Origin: Nitrosococcus oceani ATCC 19707 | GTDB taxonomy: Bacteria; Pseudomonadota; Gammaproteobacteria; Nitrosococcales; Nitrosococcaceae | Length of the DNA: 32,000 nucleotides | Reading direction: 5' to 3' | Assembly: GCF_000012805.1 (NCBI RefSeq) | Contig: NC_007484.1 | Coordinates: 570,001-602,000 of the forward strand | Part shown: in pieces, positions 25,232 to 32,000 of the stretch | Position numbering within the stretch: position 1 is the stretch's first letter | How the letters are laid out: every line of letters starts with the position of its first letter | The notes under the pieces: generated by a model | Told to the model about the DNA's origin: nothing | What the model saw: the letters and a program-made list of their open reading frames with translations, nothing else | The model's database searches: none | Program-made: the position numbers and the translations under genes

Positions 25232-25894
25232 CTATTCAGTAGTCGTGGCTGTCTGCTCTGAAGACGTCTTCCCCTGGTCGGTGAGATAGTCGGCGACTTC
25301 GAGCATTTGCTCAAAACCACCTGCCATATTCGCATCGGTGCGGTATTTACCATTGATGACGATGGCAGGAACTCCCGTAATACCAGAGGCCCGTGTGGTG
25401 GCTATTGCTTGCTGAACTTTACCCTGGACGGCAAAAGAGTCAAAAGTCGGCAGGAAGTCCTCTTTAGGAACGCCTAACGTAGCAAAGAAGTCTGCCAGTG
25501 CTTCCTTGGTTTTGAATTGGCGTCTCTCTAAATTCATGGCATCGAATAAAGGGCGATGAACTTTATCGAGCACACCCAGGGCTTCAGCGGTGTAAAAAGC
25601 CTGGGCATGGAGCTGCCATGAATCCCGGAATATCGCCGGGACGCGGATAAAGGCCACGTCCTCCGGTTTATTTTCCGCCCACTGCTCCAGAATCGGCTCA
25701 AAGCGGTAGCAGTGGGGGCATCCATACCAGAATATCTCGAGCACTTCGGCTTCACCCGGTTCCATGGCATGCAAGGGAGGAGATACTGCTTTATAGTGTA
25801 CCCCCTCGGTGAAGGCTGGCTCCGCTGCCGCTCCTAATGGGGAGATGAGCAGTAGAGAAAATGACAATAATAATCCAGAGACGAATCGCAACAT
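25232..25894 (-). CDS. dsbA: Thiol:disulfide interchange protein DsbA
   Basis: Signal peptide plus thioredoxin-fold active site FWYGCPHCYRFEP. Conserved GVPAIVINGKY near the C-terminus. Confidence 0.9.
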   Translation of the reverse strand: MLRFVSGLLLSFSLLLISPLGAAAEPAFTEGVHYKAVSPPLHAMEPGEAEVLEIFWYGCPHCYRFEPILEQWAENKPEDVAFIRVPAIFRDSWQLHAQAFYTAEALGVLDKVHRPLFDAMNLERRQFKTKEALADFFATLGVPKEDFLPTFDSFAVQGKVQQAIATTRASGITGVPAIVINGKYRTDANMAGGFEQMLEVADYLTDQGKTSSEQTATTTE

Positions 25895-25934
25895 ATTTAA
25901 ATAAGTCCCCTAACAGTGGAAAAAAATCCCAACA

Positions 25935-26564
25935 CTAATGGGCCGCCTGCAGGCCTGAAACATAGTGGGACACTGCGGTGATTTCTTCATCGGTCATTTT
26001 TTTTGCAACTCCTTGCATCATCTGATTGGGACCGTTGCTACGATCACCGTCGCGATAGCTTTTGAGCTGATTTTCCACATAGGCTGCATGTTGGTCTGAA
26101 AGACGAGGCCAACTGGCCGCGGGATTGCCTTGCCCCGCAGGACCATGGCAGGCTATACAAGCGGGAACACCGCTTTCTTTATTGCCTTGTCGGTAGACTT
26201 TTTGTCCTAGCTCAAGGTATTGCTCTGGCGTGTTGCCTTCGGTAATCGTCTGGTTGGAATAATAGACCGCAAGATTGGCGATATCTTTATCACTAAGATT
26301 GGCCGCCATTGATGACATAATCGCATTCATCCGGGCGCCGGATTTATAATCCTGCAATTGTTTTTTAAGATAGTTGACGTTTTGGCCCGCTAACTTAGGC
26401 CATTCGGCACTGGGGCTGTTACCGTCAGAGCCATGGCAGCTTTGGCAAGGGGTGCCCGTGGCTGTATCCGCGCCAGCTTCCGGATCGCCCGTTACCGTGG
26501 CGGCGCTGGAGGAAGAGGCAAACAGGAGACAGGCAACGGCGACTGCGAAACGTTTTGATGTCAT
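25935..26564 (-). CDS. Di-haem cytochrome c4
   Basis: Signal peptide and two CXXCH motifs (CQSCHG, CIACHG), each followed by a ...MM/MSS axial-Met region. Size and position (dsbA-cc4-engB-polA) are typical. Confidence 0.9.
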   Translation of the reverse strand: MTSKRFAVAVACLLFASSSSAATVTGDPEAGADTATGTPCQSCHGSDGNSPSAEWPKLAGQNVNYLKKQLQDYKSGARMNAIMSSMAANLSDKDIANLAVYYSNQTITEGNTPEQYLELGQKVYRQGNKESGVPACIACHGPAGQGNPAASWPRLSDQHAAYVENQLKSYRDGDRSNGPNQMMQGVAKKMTDEEITAVSHYVSGLQAAH

Positions 26565-26786
26565 TAACAGATCCTCAGTTCTTGGTAATATTTGTAATGA
26601 TGGTCACGCCAAGGCACCTTATAAAGTTGGATGTGCATGCTACACTGCTTAGAGACATTTTTCTAGCCTGCTCCAGTGCCTCCAAGGCGATGACTATGTG
26701 TTTTTAGAGTGCAGGCATTTTTTGAGGAATAAAAAGGCGGTAACTGTTCCGTCAGCTAACGGAGGCGGAGGAAGGCCGCAATTTTT

Positions 26787-27389
26787 ATGAATTCCCTCTA
26801 TCGTAAGGCCCATTATCAAGGGAGCGCTTATACTTTATCCCAATTACCTCCAGATGAAGGGATGGAGGTGGCGTTTGCGGGGCGCTCTAACGTAGGAAAA
26901 TCAAGCGCCATTAATGCTATTACCGGTATCGGAGGATTAGCGCGAACTAGCAAGACGCCGGGGCGCACCCAGATGATCAACTTTTTCCAGCTGGATGCTC
27001 GCCGCTATTTAGTAGACCTCCCCGGTTATGGGTATGCCAAGGTGCCAGAGGCGGTAAAACGGCAGTGGCAGCAGACTTTAAGCGCGTACTTGGAACAGCG
27101 CCGCGCCTTATGCGGGATCGTGCTGGTTGTGGATATTCGGCGTCTCTACCAGCCCTTCGATCTCCAGATGTTGGAATGGTGCCGCTCCAGGGGTTTGCCA
27201 GTCCGCATATTGTTGACTAAGAGTGATAAGTTAAAGAGGGGGGCTGCAAATCAAGCTCTCCAAAAAGCAACCACGCACTTGCAGGAAGTTTTTCCCATGG
27301 CGCGGGTGCAACTGTTTTCAGCTGTCAATCATACAGGGATTGAGGCTATACAAGCCCAGCTTGACGAATGGCTTGGGATTGGGGGATAA
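26787..27389 (+). CDS. engB: Ribosome-biogenesis GTPase EngB/YihA
   Basis: G1 GRSNVGKSS, G3 DLPGYG, G4 TKSDK. About 200 aa, divergent from cytochrome c4 and convergent with polA. Confidence 0.9.
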   Translation: MNSLYRKAHYQGSAYTLSQLPPDEGMEVAFAGRSNVGKSSAINAITGIGGLARTSKTPGRTQMINFFQLDARRYLVDLPGYGYAKVPEAVKRQWQQTLSAYLEQRRALCGIVLVVDIRRLYQPFDLQMLEWCRSRGLPVRILLTKSDKLKRGAANQALQKATTHLQEVFPMARVQLFSAVNHTGIEAIQAQLDEWLGIGG

Positions 27390-27399
27390 GCTGCGGCCA

Positions 27400-27525
27400 T
27401 AAAAAAGCCCCGGTTCAAGGGGATAACCGGGGCAATCCCTGGTCCGGCTTAGGGGGCTGCGGACCAGAGGACATCCCCGCCCAGGGAGGCGGGCGGGAGA
27501 GCGCAATAAGAAAGTTCGCGCTCAT
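27400..27525 (-). ncRNA. Candidate sRNA of about 125 nt in the polA-engB spacer (positional analogue of Spot 42 / ErsA)
   Basis: The minus strand carries four consecutive hairpins: GAGCGC..GCGCTC, CCCGCC..GGCGGG, CTGGTCCG..CGGACCAG, and GCCCCGGTT..AACCGGGGC followed by UUUUUU. A sigma-E-like promoter lies just upstream. The supplied track has only a 62-aa minus-strand ORF here (27318-27506), Arg/Pro/Gly-rich and running across the hairpins, which looks spurious. Confidence 0.4.
27401..27433 (-). terminator. Rho-independent terminator (9-bp GC-rich stem plus U6) on the minus strand
   Basis: Minus strand: GCCCCGGTT-atccccttg-AACCGGGGC-TTTTTT. About 150 nt downstream of the polA stop and 12 nt beyond the engB stop on the other strand. 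Confidence 0.65.
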
Positions 27526-27530
27526 ACAAA

Positions 27531-27558
27531 TAGTGACAATTCACTGAATAGAAAGTTC
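27531..27558 (-). promoter_or_regulatory. Sigma-E/AlgU-like promoter candidate (GAACTT-N16-TCACTA)
   Basis: Minus strand: GAACTT (27558-27553), a 16-nt spacer, then TCACTA (27536-27531), compared with the extracytoplasmic-stress sigma consensus GAACTT-N16/17-TCnnA. It starts 29 nt after the polA stop. Confidence 0.35.
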
Positions 27559-27586
27559 GATAAATTTTTCAATCCACGTTTTTTGC

Positions 27587-30298
27587 TCAGTGGGCTTCGT
27601 CCCAGTTAGTGCCACTGCCTATCTCCACGATTAACGGTACCTTGAGCTGGGCGGCTGCGGCCATGTTCTCCCGGATTGCCCTAATTGTAGCCTCCAGCTT
27701 ATCTTCTGCCACCTCAAACACCAGCTCATCGTGAACTTGCATGATCATTCGGGCGTTAGCTTTTTGTTCCTGCAACCAGCGGTCAGCGTGGATCATTGCC
27801 CGCTTGATGATATCCGCTGCGCTGCCCTGCATGGGGGCATTAATGGCAGTGCGTTCGGCCTGATTGCGGCGTTGGGTTTGCCGGGAGTGGATTTCAGGCA
27901 GATAAAGCCGTCGGCCAAAGAGAGTTTCCACATAACCTTTCTGGCGGGCTTGCTGGCAGATATTCTCCATATAGGCTTTAACGCCAGGGTAGCGTTGAAA
28001 GTAGCGTTCTATATAGTGCTGTGCGGCGGTACGGTTGATTCCCAGTTGCCGGCCAAGCCCATGGGCGGACATACCATAGATGAGGCCAAAATTGATGGCC
28101 TTAGCGCTGCGCCGTTGTTCAGGAGTCACATCCTCCAGGGGCGTGCGGAAAATTTCGGTGGCTGTTCGCTGGTGGATATCTTCTTCCGCTTCGAAAGCAG
28201 CCAGCAGTCCTTCATCTTCCGAGAGATGGGCCATGATGCGCAATTCGATCTGAGAGTAATCGGCGGCTACCAAACGGTAACCGGGTGGGGCGATAAATGC
28301 TTGGCGAATTCGCCGGCCCTCAGTACTGCGGATAGGAATGTTTTGCAAGTTAGGATCGGAAGAAGAAAGGCGTCCAGTGGCAGTAACGGCTTGATGATAG
28401 GAAGTATGGACTCGCCCAGTATGGGAGTTGACCTGCAACGGCAAGCGATCCGTATAGGTGGATTTGAGCTTGCTCAGGGTACGGTATTCGAGGAGCAATT
28501 GGGGGAGGGGGTAATCAAGTGCCAGTTCCTGCAGGACCGTTTCTGCTGTCGAGGGTTGGCCGGTAGGGGTTTTGCGGGTTACCGGCAGTTTTAACTTCTC
28601 GTAGAGAATGGCCTGAATCTGTTTGGGGGAAGCGAGATTAAAGGACTCTCCAGCCAGTTCAAAAGCTTCTTGTTCGAGTCTCTTCAAGCGCGCTGCCAAT
28701 TCATCGCTTTGGGCTTTAAGTTGCTCCGTATTCACCTGGACTCCATTGCGTTCCATACGGGAAAGCACGGGGATGAGGGGGATTTCCAGCTCTTGGTAGA
28801 GCTGGCGAAGACCCTCTTCTTGTTGCAGGCGGGGCCAGAAACAATGGTGAAGCTGGAGACTGATATCGGCATCTTCCGCCGCATAGGGGGCAGCCTTTTC
28901 AATGGTAACCTGGTTGAAGGGTAATTGCTTGGCCCCTTTGCCCGCTACCATCTCATAGGTAATAGTAGTTCGTTGGAGGTATTTTAGGGCTAAAGAATCC
29001 ATATTGTGCCGGGTAGCGGTACTGTCAAGCACATAAGATTCCAGCATGGAGTCGTGACGAATGCCTTGCAGTTCGATACCGTAATTGGCGAGCACATTAC
29101 AATCGAATTTAAGGTTTTGTCCTACTTTGCCGTGGCGAGGGTCTTCTAGCAGTGGCTTGAGCCGCGCTAAAACCTGTTCACGGGGTAGCTGGGGGGGGGC
29201 GGTGGCATCCTCGTGACCGAGGGGAATATACATAGCTTCATGGGGCTGGATGGCAAAAGAGAGACCGACGATTTCGGCTTCTATATAGTCCAAGTTATTG
29301 GTTTCCAGATCGAAGGCAAATAATTCAGCCTTTTCCAGGCGGGCAACCCAATTCTCAAAGCTTTCCTCGGAAAACACGGTCTCATAGGCGGGAGCAGAGT
29401 TCGTTGAGGAATTAGAAATTGAGGAGTGGGCGTTCTCATTGTCCAAGAGTTCACGGAGCCAGCTTTTGAATTCCAGGGCGGCGTACAATTCACGCAGGGC
29501 GGGAATATTGGGTGGCGCGCACCGCAAGTCTTTGGGGCCTAAATCTAGGAGCAGATCCTGGCGAACGGTGGCCAATTCCTTTGCCAAGGGAAGTTGTGTG
29601 AGATGGGATCGTAGACTTTCCCCCATCTTGCCTTTAATTTCAGAGGCATAAGCCATGATTTGATCCAGGCTGTGGTATTGGCAGAGCAGTTTGGCGGCTG
29701 TTTTGGGACCTATGCCAGGGATACCGGGGATATTGTCTACCGTATCGCCCACCAGTGCTAGGTAATCGACTATTTGTTCCGGGGAAACATTGAATTTGGC
29801 CTTTACGCCAGCGGGGTCCAATTTAGATAGATTCATGGTGTTGACCAGGCTCACATGGGGATTGACTAGCTGGGCTAAGTCCTTATCGCCGCTAGAAATG
29901 AGGGTCTCCAGCCGTTGCGCGGTTGCTTGCCGGGCCAAGGTGCCGATGACATCGTCAGCCTCAACCCCTTTAACACAGAGCAGCGGCAAGCCAAGGGCTC
30001 GGATGAGATCGTGGAGGGGCTGAATCTGACAGGCAAGTTCCTCTGGCATAGGAGGGCGATGGTCTTTGTACTGCTCAAAGAGTTCATGGCGAAATGTTTT
30101 GCCCTTGGCATCAAAAACTACCGCTATGTATTGGGGCTGATACTCATCAAGTAACTTGCGCAGCATATTGATGACCCCATAGATTGCCCCGGTAGGTTGA
30201 CCTTTAGAAGTCGTTAAAGAAGGCAGTGCATGGAAAGCACGAAAGAGATAGGAGGAGCCGTCGATTAGAATAAGCACCGGGTTTTCCGCCATGTTCAT
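27587..30298 (-). CDS. polA: DNA polymerase I
   Basis: 903 aa. N-terminal 5'-3' exonuclease (LILIDGSSYLFRAFHA), 3'-5' exonuclease domain, and polymerase motifs DYSQIELRIMAHLS, RRSAKAINFGLIYGMS and QVHDELVFE. Confidence 0.97.
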   Translation of the reverse strand: MNMAENPVLILIDGSSYLFRAFHALPSLTTSKGQPTGAIYGVINMLRKLLDEYQPQYIAVVFDAKGKTFRHELFEQYKDHRPPMPEELACQIQPLHDLIRALGLPLLCVKGVEADDVIGTLARQATAQRLETLISSGDKDLAQLVNPHVSLVNTMNLSKLDPAGVKAKFNVSPEQIVDYLALVGDTVDNIPGIPGIGPKTAAKLLCQYHSLDQIMAYASEIKGKMGESLRSHLTQLPLAKELATVRQDLLLDLGPKDLRCAPPNIPALRELYAALEFKSWLRELLDNENAHSSISNSSTNSAPAYETVFSEESFENWVARLEKAELFAFDLETNNLDYIEAEIVGLSFAIQPHEAMYIPLGHEDATAPPQLPREQVLARLKPLLEDPRHGKVGQNLKFDCNVLANYGIELQGIRHDSMLESYVLDSTATRHNMDSLALKYLQRTTITYEMVAGKGAKQLPFNQVTIEKAAPYAAEDADISLQLHHCFWPRLQQEEGLRQLYQELEIPLIPVLSRMERNGVQVNTEQLKAQSDELAARLKRLEQEAFELAGESFNLASPKQIQAILYEKLKLPVTRKTPTGQPSTAETVLQELALDYPLPQLLLEYRTLSKLKSTYTDRLPLQVNSHTGRVHTSYHQAVTATGRLSSSDPNLQNIPIRSTEGRRIRQAFIAPPGYRLVAADYSQIELRIMAHLSEDEGLLAAFEAEEDIHQRTATEIFRTPLEDVTPEQRRSAKAINFGLIYGMSAHGLGRQLGINRTAAQHYIERYFQRYPGVKAYMENICQQARQKGYVETLFGRRLYLPEIHSRQTQRRNQAERTAINAPMQGSAADIIKRAMIHADRWLQEQKANARMIMQVHDELVFEVAEDKLEATIRAIRENMAAAAQLKVPLIVEIGSGTNWDEAH

Positions 30299-30442
30299 AT
30301 AGACCTATCAAGATATAACAGTTTGTGGTTAGAACGCAGCCAAAGAGAATTATAAAGCCAGGGCGTAGTATGCTATTAGGCGTAAGGTATCTCACCTAAG
30401 CAGGAAATGCGATGGCAAAAATTAGTACCACTAGGATATGTT

Positions 30443-31168
30443 ATGAGCAAACAAAATAAACGCTCCTTCACCGAACGAAAGGCTATCAATGATTCTTTGC
30501 TTATTCGGGAGTCATGGAAAGTTTTCCAAATCATGGCGGAATTTGTGGAGGGATTTGAACGTTTAGCCACTATTCGCCCTTCGGTCAGTATTTTTGGCTC
30601 AGCCCGCATGGCGCCTGAACATCCCTACTACCAGCTTACTGAGAAGATTGCCCGGGCTCTGTCCGATGCTGGGTTTAGTGTCGTCAGTGGTGGTGGTCCT
30701 GGCCTGATGGAAGCCGCTAATAAGGGGGCTTTTACAGGCATCTCCCCCAGTGTAGGACTCAATATTAGCTTGCCCCGAGAGCCGGGCGCTAATGAATACC
30801 AGGATATTGCGGTTAACTTCCGCCATTTCTTCTCCCGTAAAGTGATGTTTGTCAAATATGCCTCTGCTTATGTGGTGTTACCCGGGGGGTTTGGAACGCT
30901 GGATGAGTTAGCGGAAATTTTAACGTTAGTGCAAACTGGTAAGTCGCGGCGAATTCCAATTATTCTTGTGCAGTCCTCTTTTTGGGCGGGGTTGATCGAT
31001 TGGTTTAAGGAATACTTGGTAGAGGAAGGAATGATAGATCGCCATGATCTAGATTTGTTTAAAATCCTGGACAAGCCTCAGGAGGTCGTGGATGCTATTT
31101 TTAGTTTTTACGAAAGCCGTAGCTTTGAACCTTCGGCGGAAGAGCGGGAGCGACTGCTCAACCTGTAA
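30443..31168 (+). CDS. LOG-family (TIGR00730-type) Rossmann-fold nucleotide-binding protein
   Basis: GGGPGLMEAANKGA and PGGFGTLDEL motifs. ATG 30443 is preferred over the upstream track start at 30407. Confidence 0.85.
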   Translation: MSKQNKRSFTERKAINDSLLIRESWKVFQIMAEFVEGFERLATIRPSVSIFGSARMAPEHPYYQLTEKIARALSDAGFSVVSGGGPGLMEAANKGAFTGISPSVGLNISLPREPGANEYQDIAVNFRHFFSRKVMFVKYASAYVVLPGGFGTLDELAEILTLVQTGKSRRIPIILVQSSFWAGLIDWFKEYLVEEGMIDRHDLDLFKILDKPQEVVDAIFSFYESRSFEPSAEERERLLNL

Positions 31169-31191
31169 GCAACTTTTCCGGGGAACAGCCC

Positions 31192-31545
31192 ATGTCTGTA
31201 CTTTATCTTAGGGTGCTAATATATCTAAACTTTTTATGGCTCTTGCTGACGTCTGCGCCGACTCTTTCGGAAGAGCCGGAGGATCTTATTCCTCTTCCCG
31301 ATCTTCCTTCCTTGCCCGGGCAGCCTGACACCATGGAGCCTGAAATCAAGATTATTCAGCAAGGAGATAAATTAATCGAAGAGTATCGCCTCAATGGAAA
31401 GCTTTATCAAATTAAGGTAACGCCTAGTATTGGTCCGCCCTATTTTCTTGTGGATGCAGATGGTAATGGCGACTTTGAGAGTCGTTTTGAAGGGCCGGTT
31501 AACTCAGATATGCTGATTCCTAGCTGGGTTATTTTTCGCTGGTAA
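31192..31545 (+). CDS. DUF2782 domain protein (secreted, small)
   Basis: Signal-like N-terminus. EPEIKIIQQGDKLIEEYRLNGKLYQIKVTPSIGPPYFLVDADGNG matches the DUF2782 pattern as I recall it. Confidence 0.65.
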   Translation: MSVLYLRVLIYLNFLWLLLTSAPTLSEEPEDLIPLPDLPSLPGQPDTMEPEIKIIQQGDKLIEEYRLNGKLYQIKVTPSIGPPYFLVDADGNGDFESRFEGPVNSDMLIPSWVIFRW

Positions 31546-31565
31546 CACGTGCTTGTAGTGGATAG

Positions 31566-32000
31566 CTAGTCTTCCAGGTAAGTGTATCCTTTCAATCCTG
31601 CTTCTAGCTCCTGAAGATAGAGGCGGCGTTGATGGTCATCAAGGGCTGCCTGACTGAGTTTGGCCTGTAAATGCTCCTTTATTTCGGCGGCATCAAAGCG
31701 CACTTGCTGCAGGACCGATTCCACTGTATCTCCTTTGTGGGCATGGCGCAGCCGAAACCCTTGTTGTCTATCGACTTCCACATGAACGGAATCGGTGGCG
31801 CCGAATAGGTTATGAATATCACCGAGGATTTCCTGATAGGCGCCCACCAGAAAAAAACCTAATAAATAGGATTCACCGGGAATGAGAGGGTGCAAAGGCA
31901 GGCTGGTTTCAATGCCTTCCCCATCGACGTAAAGATCGATGCGTCCATCGGAGTCGCAGGTCAGGTCCTCTATCCACACCCGTTCGGTTGGTGGCTGTTC
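31566..32000 (-). CDS. speA: Biosynthetic arginine decarboxylase, C-terminal part (5' end outside the window)
   Basis: YLLGFFLVGAYQEILGDIHNLFGATDSVHV... is the conserved SpeA C-terminal region. The frame is open to base 32000. Confidence 0.85.
   Translation of the reverse strand, partial: EQPPTERVWIEDLTCDSDGRIDLYVDGEGIETSLPLHPLIPGESYLLGFFLVGAYQEILGDIHNLFGATDSVHVEVDRQQGFRLRHAHKGDTVESVLQQVRFDAAEIKEHLQAKLSQAALDDHQRRLYLQELEAGLKGYTYLED

Noticed and set aside
27731-28594. A 287-aa plus-strand ORF
   Set aside because: It lies antisense within polA, whose identity is unambiguous. It is a spurious shadow ORF.

Overview
The window reads as a gammaproteobacterial-type chromosomal segment; the organism cannot be identified from the sequence alone. 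The right end (25.0-32.0 kb) is a housekeeping backbone: tRNA-Ser(CGA), dsbA, a di-haem cytochrome c4, engB/yihA, polA, a LOG-family gene, a DUF2782 gene and the 3' end of speA. The left end (0-12.3 kb) carries metal/redox-associated small proteins (NnrU, DUF2202 ferritin-like, a tandem HMA-like protein with CCxxC motifs, DUF2269-like, DUF411/CopG-like). It also carries a TraB-family gene, a sensor-less sigma-54 activator, a DsbD_2/TauE-like membrane protein, an osmoprotectant-type ABC transporter with a fused binding-protein/permease, and a TonB-dependent receptor. Between about 12.3 and 25.0 kb, just downstream of the 3' end of tRNA-Ser, lies an accessory region. It contains (i) a TDT/SLAC1-type transporter gene split by a frameshift in a homopolymer, and (ii) a REP-associated tyrosine transposase (RAYT) whose own coding sequence holds GTAG-type REP palindromes, one expanded into seven in-frame 18-bp copies. 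It also contains (iii) a tightly coupled four-gene operon: a DUF499-type P-loop ATPase, a small DUF3780-position protein, a DUF1156-type DPPY methyltransferase and a PLD-nuclease/SNF2 helicase fusion. This operon is the best candidate for a poorly characterised restriction-modification-like defence system, and its ATPase gene appears broken by a stop codon and a frameshift. Finally there is (iv) a secreted beta-propeller protein with a single CXXCH haem motif. Other candidates are a four-hairpin sRNA with a sigma-E-like promoter in the polA-engB spacer, a structured leader upstream of the HMA-like gene, and a palindrome-rich insertion-like segment bounded by direct repeats. All family names come from motif recognition by eye; no searches were run.
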